Assembly (NCBI GenBank): GCA_964016885.1
Contig: OZ024740.1
Span: forward strand, 222,394,001 to 222,458,000
Direction: 5' to 3'
Source of the DNA: Eledone cirrhosa
Taxonomy: Eukaryota
Length of the DNA: 64,000 nucleotides
Positions 1-15,566 of the stretch are shown here, in pieces. Under the pieces are notes generated by a model, which ran no database searches, was not told the DNA's origin, and saw only the letters and a program-made list of their open reading frames with translations. Position 1 is the stretch's first letter. Each line of letters starts with the position of its first letter. Made by a program: the position numbers and the translations under genes.

Positions 1-502
1 ATTCCATTTTAGGCTTCGTTTCTATGGATGGATGCTAACCTCTTTAGCACATGTACTGGGAACATTTTATTGTGACTCTGGCACTAACATATTACAGTGC
101 TGACTCAGTGCTTTTCATCAGGGTACCAACACTACCACTTTACTCAGTGCATCTTTATCGTAGCTCCATTACTGGGAAGGCATGGAGAAGTGGTGGAGAG
201 GGTATCATGCCACCACATGAGAGGAAGCATTGGATCAGGAGAGTAGTCTTGGAATGAGTCAGTTGTGACTGGCAGTATAATAGGGAGGTATGTCTGGCTT
301 TCCATTCTGTCAAAGGAGTGTATCAGTGCACATAGAACTGGTATTTTTATATTGTTACACACTCCACATATTAAATTTGTATAAAACAATATATATTTTA
401 ATTTGCTTCAATTAAAAATCCATGTGTTATCTAGTTAATTATATATACACTATATCCCAGCGTACTGTAATAGGTAATTAGAAATATTAACATCAGAAAG
501 AG

Positions 503-672
503 CATCTTCATCATCATCATCGTTTAAAATCAATTTTAAATGCTAGCATGGGTTAGATCGGTTGTCCCATTTGAGGCAAGTTGAGTCATGTGACTGTGTC
601 TTGCTCAGAACTGTTTCTGGCTTGGTGTCTATGTCTGGATGCCCTTCCTAATATCAACCACATTTACAGTGT
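503..672 (-). mobile_element. Old 3' fragment of a (GAT)n-tailed SINE/RTE tail
   Basis: (CAT)n is followed by 'gcatgggtt...cattTGAGGCAAG...ggatgcccttcctaatatcaaccacatttacagtgtg', a diverged copy of 15567-15740. Confidence 0.7.
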
Positions 673-1184
673 GTGTGTGCATCTAGATACAGTGTGTGTA
701 CAATGTATATACGCATGTAACTTGTAAAGCTAACCACTGTATTAGCAGGGGGAAAATGCTGAAAACACATCTGCTATAGTGTTATGCACTACAATTATAA
801 CTAGCTTTTTTAAACAGAGTATTTTAAAAGCAGCTTGAGATTTCATTTTTTAACTATTTTATACAAAATCTCTTTTTTTTAAGAAAAGAAATTTAATTTT
901 TAAACATTATTTCCATGCCCTCTTAACTATTCAAGTGGTGTCTATTCTGAGTAAACATTTAGAAAAGTAGAGATTGTTTAGTTAACAATCAGTTGTAACA
1001 TTCATTCATTTATTTCAATAAAATGTTACTAGGCTGAGAAGCCACTCACATAACCATAACAGTACATCTATTGCATTGCTGATGATAAAACAACTTTCAG
1101 ATTACCTACTTCAGTGTAATTATTATCATACTTCATAGTTAAATGTATTTTTTAAAATGTTAGATTCTTTCACAAACACAGTTT

Positions 1185-1455
1185 CCATCAAGCTAGAGCA
1201 TACCTTGATTTGAGTAGTGTACAATGATTGTAAACGCAGGAGTCCCCTCCCTCCTCAGGACACCAGTCCATTGTGGAGTTGATCACCAGCTGCTGTTACT
1301 GCTACTGGTACACACTTATACACTTCTTTTAACTGGGTGGACAGGAGTAACATTAAATGCAGTGTCCTGCTCAAAAAACATATGCCTAGACCAGGAATTA
1401 AACGTATAACCTTAATGTTGTGAGCCCAACACTGTAACCTCTATAACACATGCCT
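1185..1455 (-). mobile_element. Ancient tRNA-derived SINE with a Nin/Deu-like central domain
   Basis: The minus strand has a tRNA-like head (aggcatgtgttatagagg...ggttatacgtttaattcc), then 'ccacccag...tataagtgtgtaccag...caatggactggtgtcctgaggagggagggg...tcattgtacactac'. This resembles the Nin-domain consensus as I recall it. Confidence 0.55.
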
Positions 1456-1829
1456 TTACTGAAAATTATTCTTGGCAACAATCAATTGAGAAATATCACA
1501 CTCTGTAAGTTCCAAACCAGTCTCTCAAAAGCTTTAAGCCTGAAATAAAACTTAATTCTAAATTGCAATAATTCTTCAATTACTCAGTGTTGTTTCCTTT
1601 ATTCTTTATTTGGGGGAGACAGGCAGTGCCCAAGACACTTTTCTGGGCCTCAAAGACTGATGGAAGGGAGACATGTTACCCTAGATCAGAGATCTGGCCC
1701 AAATGTTTGCACCAGATTGGATTGTACTAAAAGCAACTTAGTAGATTGTACTAAATACAATTTTTAAAAGTTCAAATAGTTCAAATAGAAAATACAGGAT
1801 TAAAGCGCCGCACAATAGCAGCTTAAAAA

Positions 1830-4800
1830 TATACAGTGCTACACAGTTTTTTGGTCCAATGAACCCTCCGACCAGAACGGGTCGAAGTCTTTTATCTTGT
1901 TGATTGGGGGACAAAGAAGCAGGTGGGTGTGCGAAAGAAAAAGACGGGGGCGTTTGTGGCTCAGGTGTGATAGCCTCTGTGTCCAAATGTGCTCGTTTGA
2001 GTCGATCAATAGAAACCATCTCTCTGGAACCCTTAATGTCTACAGTGAAATGTTTCTCGGAACGAGCTAATACACGGTAGGGTCCAGAGTACGGTTGTGT
2101 GAGAGGTGGTCTCACAGCATCGTTTCTCACGAACACATGGGTCCACGGGGCAATATCCCTCGGGACTGCAGATTTTACAGTTTGCTTCCTCGTTCCATCG
2201 GCGGCAGATCCTGAACATAAGAACGCAGACTGGATACGTAGGAAAGCAGATCTTGTGCAGCAAGATCGACAGGGGCAAGCATTTGCCCAGGTAATGATAG
2301 AGGAGCACCATATAATAATTCGGCCGGGGAGAACACAAGGTCCTACTTTATTGTTGACCGAATCCCCAACAACACAATAGGGAGGTACTCGCTCCAACGT
2401 GTAGAGTCAGGAGAAGTCCGTAGAGCGGCTTTTAGTTGTCGGTCGAAGCGCTCCACCATTCCATTACAGGCAGGATGATATGAAGTTGTTCGGATGCGTT
2501 TAGCGCCGATGATTTTCGTTAATTCATGGAAGAGATTCGATTCAAACTGCCTTCCACGGTCCGTGGTAATTGACGTTGGTACTTCATATCGAGCGATCCA
2601 TCCAGACACAAGGGCACGCGCTGTCGTCTCAGCAGTGATATCTTTCAAGGGGATGGCTTCAGGCCATCGCGAAAAACGATCGATAGCAGTCAATATCTAA
2701 TTATGACCACCGCTGATTGGCCAAGGTCCCACGATGTCCACATGAATGTGGCTAAACCGAGCGTCCGGGTTACTAAAAGTACATAGAGGAGTCTTAACAT
2801 GCCTGTGAACTTTTGATTTCTGGCAAGCAACACAGGAACGGCACCAAACAGTAATATCACGTCTCATATTTGGCCAGAAGAATCTAGCCGTTATGAGTTT
2901 TACTGTGGCAGAAGATCCTGGATGTGAAATGCCGTGTAAAACAAGAAACATAGTTCGACGATGGTTCAACGGAACAAAAGGGCGTGGCGCATCCAAAGAG
3001 ACGTCGCAGAGGATCCGTCCGTCTGCGGCCGATAATGGAAGGTATTTCATCCTGCAATTCACAAATTGAGACAATGTAACATCCAATGATTCGAGGGTAG
3101 GCTGATCGGCTGCCAAGCGATTCAAATCTATGTCATCGGACGACGTAATTGAAGCAATCGGCAAACCAGACAGGGTGTCGGCCGCTGTATTCATAGAATC
3201 CGGAATATGTTGAATATCATTAGTAAATTGAGAGATGAGGTCGAGATGTCTAGTTTCTCTGGGCGAGTATTTGTCGGCCTTTGCTTGCAAGGCGAATGTC
3301 AATGGCTTGTGGTCCGTGAAATGGTGAACGTTCTTCCTTCAAGCATGTGCGAAAAATGCTTCACCGATAAGTATATTGCTAGCAACTCCCGTCCAAAGGT
3401 GCTGTAGCAGGTTTCGGCAGGTTTCAGCTTCCTGGAGAAAAATTCCAACAGTTGATCAATCCTACTTTGTTGCAAAACTGCGCCCACGGCAGTATCCGAT
3501 GCATCAACACAAAGCGAAAGCTTAGCATTGGACACTGGGTGAGCCAGCAAAGATGCATTGGCTAGAGCAATTTTCGCATTCTCAAAATCCTCGAGCTGAG
3601 TTTCATTCAAAGAAATGTCTTTATTTTTCTTTCGGCAATTTTTCAAAATGTCCGTCAAAGAGAAGTGTAGCTTAGCACGATTAGGCACAAACCGCCTATA
3701 AAAATTAATCAGCCCCAAGAATTGGCGCAACTGACGGAGTGAGATTGGTGGAGGCAAATCCTCTATAGCTTTAACTCTCTCAGGAATAGGTCGAATACCG
3801 TCAGAGTCAATGACGTGGCCCAAAAAATTCAGAGATTCGGAACCAAAAATGATGGATTAATCCGAACATTGTAATCCTTCAAACGACAAAATAGAAGGTC
3901 CAGATGGCGCAAATATGGCTCTGGAGAAGAGCTAGCAACAAGAAGATCATCAATATATGTGTATACAAATTCTAGGCCGCGAGTAACCTCATCCATAAAT
4001 CGCTGGAAGGTGCTATCAGCATTTCTTAACCCGAAAGGCATGGTAAGAAATTCGAATGATCCAAATGGAGTCGTAATGGCCGTTTTCGGAATATCTTCTT
4101 TCTTGACAGCAATCTGATGATAGGCTCGCACCAAATCTAGCTTCGAGAAAATTTTACATCCCTGCAACAACGATGCAAAATTTTGCAGGTGTGGAATAGG
4201 GTATCTATCCGGGACAGTTATAGCATTTAATTTCCTATAATCCCCAGTGGGTCTCCAGTCGCCAGAAGTCTTGGGTACTATGTGTAAGGGAGAAGCCCAA
4301 AGGCTCGTAGAAGGGTGAATTATGCCAAGCTGCAGCATGTGGTCGAACTCGGACCGTGCTGCCTTCAATTTGTCCGCAGGCAAGCGACGAGGACGAGAGC
4401 ACACTGGGGCGCCAGTTGTAGAGATAAAATGGTCCGTTGTGTCTGTCGATTCAACAACTCGAAAATTTCCCTGAGTAAGCTGTGGGAAAGAATTCAACAA
4501 TGCATGATAGGGATTCCCAGCATTAGCGATGAAAAAGGTCGGGCTAACCGTTGGAAAATTAGCTTTCTGGCCACGAAGAGAAAAACCAGTAATGTCGTCT
4601 ACTAGGCGTCGGCCACGGACGTCCACCGTCAATGCAAAATGGTGTAGAAAATCCGCTCCCAAGATCGGGTATGGTAGGTCAGCAACCGTAAAAATCCATT
4701 TGAATTGTCGTCAAAGATTCGGCGAGATTTGTCCAAAAGTCCGTATTGGCGAATGGTTGACAGCTTCTAGATTCATTGATGACTCAGGAGGAATTACTGT

Positions 4801-4910
4801 CATACAATTAACAGGCCAAATAGTGCACGAAGCTCCTGTGTCTACGAGGAAGGCTCTTCTAGGCAGGAGGTCCTCTATGAAGAAATGGCGGTTCTGTTGT
4901 GTCTCGCAGA
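1830..4910 (-). pseudogene. pol: Gypsy pol (protease, RT, RNase H, integrase), broken by stops and frameshifts
   Basis: PR FLVDTGAS (about 4834); [25 protein letters not shown] (ORF 3829-4662); RNase H VDASD/FFSRKL/RELLAI (3299-3823); [41 protein letters not shown]; C-terminus TRSGRRVHW. Confidence 0.93.
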
Positions 4911-4955
4911 GTTCACTTGCCGCCTTTAGTGACTCTGATCTACATTTCCCAAAGC

Positions 4956-5240
4956 TTAATATTTACATGGAGGCCGGCAATGTTTTGCCTTCTCCGCGAA
5001 GGTGGTATGATACCAGCAAAATAATGGATTGCTGGTGAGCGAAGTAGTATGCTGACGTGGAGTCGCGAAAGAACGCGAACGACTCCTAGGCCGCTGGGAA
5101 TACGGCCTATTCTCTCTGCATAATCGAGCGACTTGCTGCGTCAAAGCGTCAATAGCCTTTAACATGGCATCCTCGCGTGTCGAGACGGGCTGGTTCGAAT
5201 GTGAAGAAGGAGCAGGTAAATTAGGACCACTCATTGTCAA
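4956..5240 (-). pseudogene. gag: C-terminal part of gypsy Gag; N-terminal capsid region apparently deleted
   Basis: RPRSRSRS is followed by CWYHTTFAEKAKHCRPPC (CHCC motif). The fragment is only about 95 aa and no capsid sequence is visible upstream. Confidence 0.85.
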
Positions 5241-5676
5241 TCTATATCAGCTTGAACGTATAAAAGTAAGTGATATTCGCATTAAAAAGAATGCAGAAAT
5301 TTCTTTAGATGTTCAGAACAACGGGAAAACAGCACAAATTTCCTTCAACATCCATCAAGAAAGAAGAAATGCAAAATCCGGAATCGACATGTCACAATAA
5401 TTCAAGGCAGAAAAATTAAATGTTTCTTTTTTTTTTTAATTGGAGAAGGAGATGGTATCACATGATGCGTCTCAGCCAATCAGATGGCAGCATTTCGGAG
5501 AAGAAAGACAATTGGCGGACCAGTCAACCAATTTGAATTTTTTTTTTTTTTTTTTTGTGTAAAACGAACAATTTTCAATTTCGTTATTTTCGCATAGTTG
5601 CAAGAAATAAAATATTAGTTTCGTCAATTTTTTTTTTCTATGTTTCTCTAGAAGTTTTTTTAGAAGGCAATTTTTG

Positions 5677-5691
5677 ACGTCGGGGTCACCA
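5677..5691 (-). promoter_or_regulatory. Primer-binding site complementary to the tRNA-Trp 3' end
   Basis: Minus strand reads TGGTGACCCCGACGT, 1 nt after the LTR end. Confidence 0.9.
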
Positions 5692-5692
5692 T

Positions 5693-6080
5693 TTTAGAAG
5701 GCTGCGTTGTTTTACGATTTAGAGGGGAGTTCGTTTCCCTAGCTTGGCTGGTTTGAAGATCTCTTCTATTTGTTGTCAGGTGTAGGTAAACAATTAAGCA
5801 AAAAGAACATACCTCGAGATTATATGTACATGAGCATTTTAATCAGAGCAATAAACCAAACAGGGTATCATATCAGTTGCCCCTTGATTGGTAATTCGTA
5901 ATTATCATTTCGTGGCGGTGTTCAATTACCCCGTGACTGCATGGTGCAATATCGCTGTTTCGCCACAGTGAAACGCGTCTGTTCGCCTCAAGAGACAAAG
6001 TCGAAGAGAGTGTATTCAGCTACTGACGTCAGAACGTGACGTCAGAACTAACTCAAAGCTAGGTGGCGTGATCTTCTACA
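5693..6080 (-). repeat. 5' LTR of the gypsy element (about 388 bp)
   Basis: Minus-strand termini TGTAGAAG...CTTCTAAA form an inverted terminal repeat with one mismatch and abut the PBS. Two TGACGTCA palindromes lie at 6024 and 6037. Confidence 0.85.
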
Positions 6081-6095
6081 AGCTTTGGGGATTTA

Positions 6096-6288
6096 TAATT
6101 GTTTCTACTTTAGGCACAAGGTCAGCAATTATTCCAGTGCATTACTGGTGCTTTATTTTATCAACCCTGTAAGGATGAAAGGCAAAGTTAACCTCGGAGG
6201 GATTTGAACTCAGAACGTAAAGGGCCATAGCTGTATGTTGCAAAGCATGGTGTCTAACACTCTACCGATACTGCCAATTCACCATAAT
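6096..6288 (-). mobile_element. SINE family A (tRNA-derived, 'gcctttcatcc...gtaccagt' body)
   Basis: Near-identical to the copies at 33724 and 52933. B-box-like GAGTTCAAATCC. ATAAT on both flanks. Confidence 0.85.
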
Positions 6289-6361
6289 GAAGAAAGTACA
6301 CTCCATATGGCAATGCCTAGAGCAAGATAGTCTGGACCACTCAGCATTAAATGTTATTAGT

Positions 6362-6518
6362 AAAAATGCTTTGACGCATAGAGTTGCGGCTCTTGCCATT
6401 CTGAGTTCAAATCCCGCCGAGGTTAACTTTGCCTTTCATCCTTACGGGGTCGATAAAATAAAGTACCAGTAATACACTGGGCAATTGCTGGCCTTGTGCC
6501 AAAAGTAGAAAATTAATT
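6362..6518 (+). mobile_element. SINE family A copy, inverted relative to 6096-6288
   Basis: ctgagttcaaatcccgccgaggttaactttgcctttcatccttacggggtcgataaaataaagtaccag...gccttgtgccaaaagtagaaa. Confidence 0.85.
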
Positions 6519-7301
6519 GTGGCAAAATATGAAGTATTAGCAAGTATCATCAAGAATTAACAAATCTTATAAAACAAAATATATCATTATATGCTTCTGT
6601 ATTAGTAAATGTCCCATACAATATTTACAATATACAATAAATTTTGAATTGAGGTTTTGTAGGTCCACTTGGTAAGTAGGATATTGGTTTTCACATCATG
6701 TTTTTATGGAGAAGGTGCAACATATATATGAGTATATGTAGTAGCTATCTGGGAATAACATTTGACTAAATTTATGAAGTGTTCTGTATCTAAAGGAAAT
6801 GTTTTTAACAGGTAAACATCTCAACCAGATAGCACATAAATCATCTATACTAGCCTGAATAAGATTATAATGACAATTAAAAATGCATTATCCAAGTTGC
6901 TGTTTATATGCATTATTAACATCGCAGCAAGTCTTGGTTTGTTTAAAAAAACAAGATGAATTATGTCACATGATATGAAATGTAAAGTTTAATTAATATA
7001 TGCTTGTTTTTAAAATACAGAGGTTTTCAAGTATTATGTTATTACAAAATATGTTTTATAATTATGTGAATTCGACCTATAAGAAGTTTTGGTTTTAGGG
7101 AGATAGAGAGAATTGAGTTAGATATAATTTGTCTAAATTTTCAAATAATGAACTAATGATGCTCTAATGATGCTACATTATCAACAATTTGAATAATTGT
7201 AAATTAATTTACTGCAAATGTTTACTCTAAGTAGTTGTGTAATCTGAAGCATTCATTTAGATATCCTTAAAATACACACACACACATATATATATGTATA
7301 T

Positions 7302-7381
<80 letters not shown>

Positions 7382-7398
7382 GTATATACATATATATG

Positions 7399-7445
<47 letters not shown>

Positions 7446-7456
7446 ATACATATATA

Positions 7457-7570
7457 TATTGGTCAACGGAATAGAAAATGCTGACAAATTGTTCACAGTT
7501 GAAAAATGGTTTAATTAGGAATAAAAGAGTATTAGGAATAAAAGAGGGTTAGTATTCAGTTGTGGTTTTA
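7457..7570 (-). mobile_element. Fragment of a PLE 3' tail, inverted copy of 15404-15516
   Basis: Its reverse complement matches 15404-15516 and is homologous to 30945-31060. Confidence 0.75.
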
Positions 7571-7593
7571 TATATATATATATATATATATAC

Positions 7594-7644
<51 letters not shown>

Positions 7645-7645
<1 letters not shown>

Positions 7646-8256
7646 GGTGGCTGCCAACTCGTTTTCGAGTACGGCCACTACTTTATATCCATGTAGGAGA
7701 ACCCGTACCGAAGCGCTGAACGAGTGTGACTTTTTAGTTCAGCCAGCGACTTGAAAACTCTGGTACAAACACTACACTTGTGACAATTATTGACACATAG
7801 TGCTGGGCCCATGGTACCATGTGACGGCAAGTGCAGAGAGATCTCCAGATATAAAGCAATGCCTGTGCCGTGAAGCTTTTATAGTGAGCAAAGGCACTGC
7901 ACAAAGCCAGTCCCACTCTCTTAACCAAGATGATATTTACCAAAAAGAAGAACAAGTCAACATCATTGGATACCATCAGGGTTGCAGGTGTTATATCAGA
8001 GTTTTCCTTCTCCTAGAATTCTGCCTTGACAAAGGCTAAGGGGTCATCTCTCCCGGTGATTTTGGATGGCCATTGACACTTAAGAGCTCCTTTGCCCTTT
8101 GACAGGTTTTGTTTTTAGTCCTGCAGGATGTCCAAAGTCACCCTCCTCACCAAGAAACCTTGGTGGGGTTGCCAGTTTAGTCGCCAACGACCCGACCATG
8201 AGACAGGTTGTACTGGGATACATGTTACCAGTAGCACCAACTGGTGACCTGACATA
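7645..8256 (-). repeat. About 610-bp unclassified repeat, copy 1; part resembles an RTE-type 5' UTR
   Basis: Almost identical to 13814-14448. The minus strand contains 'tagcctttgtcaaggcagaattctaggagaaggaaaactctga' and several hairpins. Confidence 0.65.
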
Positions 8257-8340
8257 ATATATGTATATATATGTATATATATGTATATATATATATACAT
8301 ATATATGTATATATATGTATATATGTATATATATATATAC

Positions 8341-8373
<33 letters not shown>

Positions 8374-8917
8374 CATATATACATAATACATATATATACA
8401 TATATATATATACATATATATACATATATATACATATATATACATATATATACATATATATATACATATATATACATATATATATACATCTATATACATA
8501 TATATATACATCTATATACATATATATATACATCTATATATATATATATATACATCTATATATTTATATATATACATCTATATATATATATATATACATC
8601 TATATATTTATATATATACATCTATATATATATATATATATACATCTATATATATATATATATACATCTATATATATATATATACATCTATATATATATA
8701 TATATATACATCTATATATATATATATATATATACATCTATATATATATATATATACATCTATATATATATATATATACATCTATATATATATATATATA
8801 TACATCTATATACATCTATATATACATCTATATATACATCTATATACATCTATATATACATCTATATACATCTATATATACATCTATATACATCTATATA
8901 TACATCTATATACATCT

Positions 8918-8996
<79 letters not shown>

Positions 8997-8997
8997 C

Positions 8998-9028
<31 letters not shown>

Positions 9029-9029
9029 C

Positions 9030-9060
<31 letters not shown>

Positions 9061-9112
9061 CATATATATACATATATATACATATATATATATATATATA
9101 CATATATATACA

Positions 9113-9150
<38 letters not shown>

Positions 9151-9151
9151 C

Positions 9152-9196
<45 letters not shown>

Positions 9197-9461
9197 CATA
9201 TATATACATATATATATATACATATATATACATATATATACATATATATACATATATATATATATACATATATATATACATATATATACATATATATATA
9301 CATATATATACATATATATACATATATATACATATATATATATATACATATATATACATATATACATATATATACATATATATACATATATATATATATA
9401 TATACATATATATACATATATATATATATATACATATATATACATATATACATATATATAC

Positions 9462-9492
<31 letters not shown>

Positions 9493-9539
9493 CATATATA
9501 CATATATATACATATATATACATATATATATATATATAC

Positions 9540-9572
<33 letters not shown>

Positions 9573-9583
9573 CATATATATAC

Positions 9584-9766
<183 letters not shown>

Positions 9767-9771
9767 TATAC

Positions 9772-9881
<110 letters not shown>

Positions 9882-9893
9882 ATATATATATAC

Positions 9894-10074
<181 letters not shown>

Positions 10075-10097
10075 CATATATATAGATATATATATAC

Positions 10098-10152
<55 letters not shown>

Positions 10153-10165
10153 CATATATATATAC

Positions 10166-10278
<113 letters not shown>

Positions 10279-10373
10279 CATATATATAAATATATATATA
10301 CATATATATACATATACATATATATATATATATATATACATATATATATACATATATATACATATATATATAC

Positions 10374-10408
<35 letters not shown>

Positions 10409-10418
10409 CATATATATG

Positions 10419-10572
<154 letters not shown>

Positions 10573-10599
10573 CATATACATATATATATACATATATAC

Positions 10600-10691
<92 letters not shown>

Positions 10692-10703
10692 ATACATATA
10701 TAC

Positions 10704-10742
<39 letters not shown>

Positions 10743-10787
10743 CATATATACATATATATATATATACATATATATATACATATATAC

Positions 10788-10832
<45 letters not shown>

Positions 10833-10843
10833 CATATATATAC

Positions 10844-10958
<115 letters not shown>

Positions 10959-10959
10959 C

Positions 10960-11230
<271 letters not shown>

Positions 11231-11236
11231 CATATA

Positions 11237-11532
<296 letters not shown>

Positions 11533-11533
11533 C

Positions 11534-11581
<48 letters not shown>

Positions 11582-11583
<2 letters not shown>

Positions 11584-11690
11584 GCGAGCAAGACAATCAC
11601 TCTTGCCTCAAGTGGGACTACCCCCGTCCAAACCCATGCAAGCGTGGAACACGGACGTTAAACGTTGATGATGATGATGATGATGATGAT
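11582..11690 (+). mobile_element. Isolated 3' tail of RTE family A with a (GAT)n tail
   Basis: Reverse complement of 15567-15672. Confidence 0.85.
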
Positions 11691-11706
11691 ACATATATAT
11701 ATATAT

Positions 11707-11849
<143 letters not shown>

Positions 11850-11854
11850 GATAC

Positions 11855-11886
<32 letters not shown>

Positions 11887-11927
11887 GTATATATGTATAT
11901 ATATATATACATATATATGTATATATG

Positions 11928-11961
<34 letters not shown>

Positions 11962-11972
11962 TACATATATAC

Positions 11973-12005
<33 letters not shown>

Positions 12006-12042
12006 CATATATACATATATACATATATATATATATACATAT

Positions 12043-12097
<55 letters not shown>

Positions 12098-12111
12098 CAT
12101 ACATATACATA

Positions 12112-12143
<32 letters not shown>

Positions 12144-12154
12144 CATATATATAC

Positions 12155-12365
<211 letters not shown>

Positions 12366-12366
12366 C

Positions 12367-12471
<105 letters not shown>

Positions 12472-12472
12472 C

Positions 12473-12517
<45 letters not shown>

Positions 12518-12529
12518 CATATATATACA

Positions 12530-12563
<34 letters not shown>

Positions 12564-12564
12564 C

Positions 12565-12613
<49 letters not shown>

Positions 12614-12614
12614 C

Positions 12615-12735
<121 letters not shown>

Positions 12736-12770
12736 TATATACATATATATATATATATACATATATATAC

Positions 12771-12871
<101 letters not shown>

Positions 12872-12916
12872 TATATACATATATATATATATATACATAT
12901 ATATACATATATATAC

Positions 12917-12967
<51 letters not shown>

Positions 12968-12971
12968 CATC

Positions 12972-13111
<140 letters not shown>

Positions 13112-13123
13112 CATATATATACA

Positions 13124-13173
<50 letters not shown>

Positions 13174-13198
13174 TATACATATATATATATATATATAC

Positions 13199-13229
<31 letters not shown>

Positions 13230-13234
13230 CATAC

Positions 13235-13281
<47 letters not shown>

Positions 13282-13282
13282 C

Positions 13283-13327
<45 letters not shown>

Positions 13328-13328
13328 C

Positions 13329-13359
<31 letters not shown>

Positions 13360-13372
13360 CATATATATATAC

Positions 13373-13423
<51 letters not shown>

Positions 13424-13434
13424 CATATATATAC

Positions 13435-13557
<123 letters not shown>

Positions 13558-13564
13558 TATATAC

Positions 13565-13595
<31 letters not shown>

Positions 13596-13616
13596 CATAT
13601 ATATATACATATATAC

Positions 13617-13779
<163 letters not shown>

Positions 13780-13813
13780 TATATACATATATACATATAT
13801 ATATACATATATA

Positions 13814-14448
13814 TGGTGGCTGCCAACTCGTTTTCGAGTACGGCCACTACTTTATATCCATGTAGGAGAACCCCTACCGATGCGCTGAACGAGTGTGACT
13901 TTTTAGTCCAGCCAGCGACTTGAAAACTCTGGTACAAACACTACACTTGTGACAATTACTGACACATAGTGCTGGGCCCATGGTACCATGTGACGACAAG
14001 TGCAGAGAGATCTCCAGATATAAAGCAATGCCTGTGCCGTGAAGCTTTTATAGTGAGCAAAGGCACTGCACAAAGCCAGTCCCACTCTCTTAACCAAGAT
14101 GATATTTACCAAAAAGAAGAACAAGTCAACATCATTGGATACCATCAGGGTTGCAGGTGTTATATCAGAGTTTTCCTTCTCCTAGAATTCTGCCTTGACA
14201 AAGGCTAAGGGGTCATCTCTCCCGGTGATTTTGGATGGCCATTGACTCTTAAGAGCTCCTTTGCCCTTTGACAGGTTTTGTTTTTAGTCCTGCAGGATGT
14301 CCAAAGTCACCCTCCTCACCAAGAAACCTTGGTGGGGTTGCCAGTTTAGTCGCCAACGACCCGACCATGGGACAGGTTGTACTGGGATACATGTTACCAG
14401 TAGCACCAACTGGTGACCTGACATACCAGTAGCACCAACTGGTGACCA
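13814..14448 (-). repeat. About 610-bp unclassified repeat, copy 2
   Basis: Few substitutions relative to copy 1, plus a local duplication of 'taccagtagcaccaactggtgacc' at the right end. Confidence 0.7.
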
Positions 14449-14461
14449 TACATATATATAC

Positions 14462-14512
<51 letters not shown>

Positions 14513-14523
14513 CATATATATAC

Positions 14524-14668
<145 letters not shown>

Positions 14669-14672
14669 TGTG

Positions 14673-14787
<115 letters not shown>

Positions 14788-14818
14788 GTATATATGTATA
14801 TGTATATATATGTATATG

Positions 14819-15049
<231 letters not shown>

Positions 15050-15249
15050 NNNNNNNNNNNNNNNNNNNNNNNNNNNNNNNNNNNNNNNNNNNNNNNNNNN
15101 NNNNNNNNNNNNNNNNNNNNNNNNNNNNNNNNNNNNNNNNNNNNNNNNNNNNNNNNNNNNNNNNNNNNNNNNNNNNNNNNNNNNNNNNNNNNNNNNNNNN
15201 NNNNNNNNNNNNNNNNNNNNNNNNNNNNNNNNNNNNNNNNNNNNNNNNN
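15050..15249. other. Assembly gap (200 N)
   Basis: Run of N. Confidence 1.
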
Positions 15250-15555
15250 TGAATTTCTTTTTACTTGAAAAAAGGAGGCTCACAAAGTCTTTTTTTTGGT
15301 TAGAGTGTCCATGCTGTTTTCTCTGACCAGAGCAAACAGCACGGACACTCTATCTCAAAATTTTTTTGAAAAGCATTTATGCGCAACCGGTAAAAACTTA
15401 ACTTAAAACCACAACTGAATACTAACCCATACAATCACTAATACTCTTTTATTCCTAATTAAACTATTTTTCAACTGTGAACAATTTGTCAGCATTTTCT
15501 ATTCCGTTCACCAATATATAATAACTTGTGTGTTACACCTCTATTCTTTTAACTA
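15250..15555 (+). mobile_element. 3' tail related to the Neptune-like PLE end
   Basis: Homologous to 30885-31095 ('ctctatctcaaaa..ttttgaaaagcat..atgcgcaaccggtaaaaacttaa...gtgtgttaca.ctctatt'). Confidence 0.75.
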
Positions 15556-15566
15556 TATACTATATA

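Larger units (their letters stand above)
1745..6080 (-). mobile_element. Ty3/gypsy LTR retrotransposon of the CsRn1/Kabuki clade; decayed, 3' LTR missing
   Basis: Domain order is LTR-PBS-gag-PR-RT-RH-IN. Gag has CX2HX9CX3C and the PBS matches tRNA-Trp. Confidence 0.92.

Noticed and set aside
1204-1366. Host protein-coding exon
   Set aside because: The sequence is better explained as a SINE core, and I found no partner exons or convincing peptide.
1460-1745. 3' LTR of the gypsy element
   Set aside because: No similarity to 5693-6080 and no polypurine tract/TG junction.
7734-8039. Duplicated 79-80 aa ORFs (also 13903-14208)
   Set aside because: They have no recognisable domain, and their identity reflects recent duplication of the repeat.
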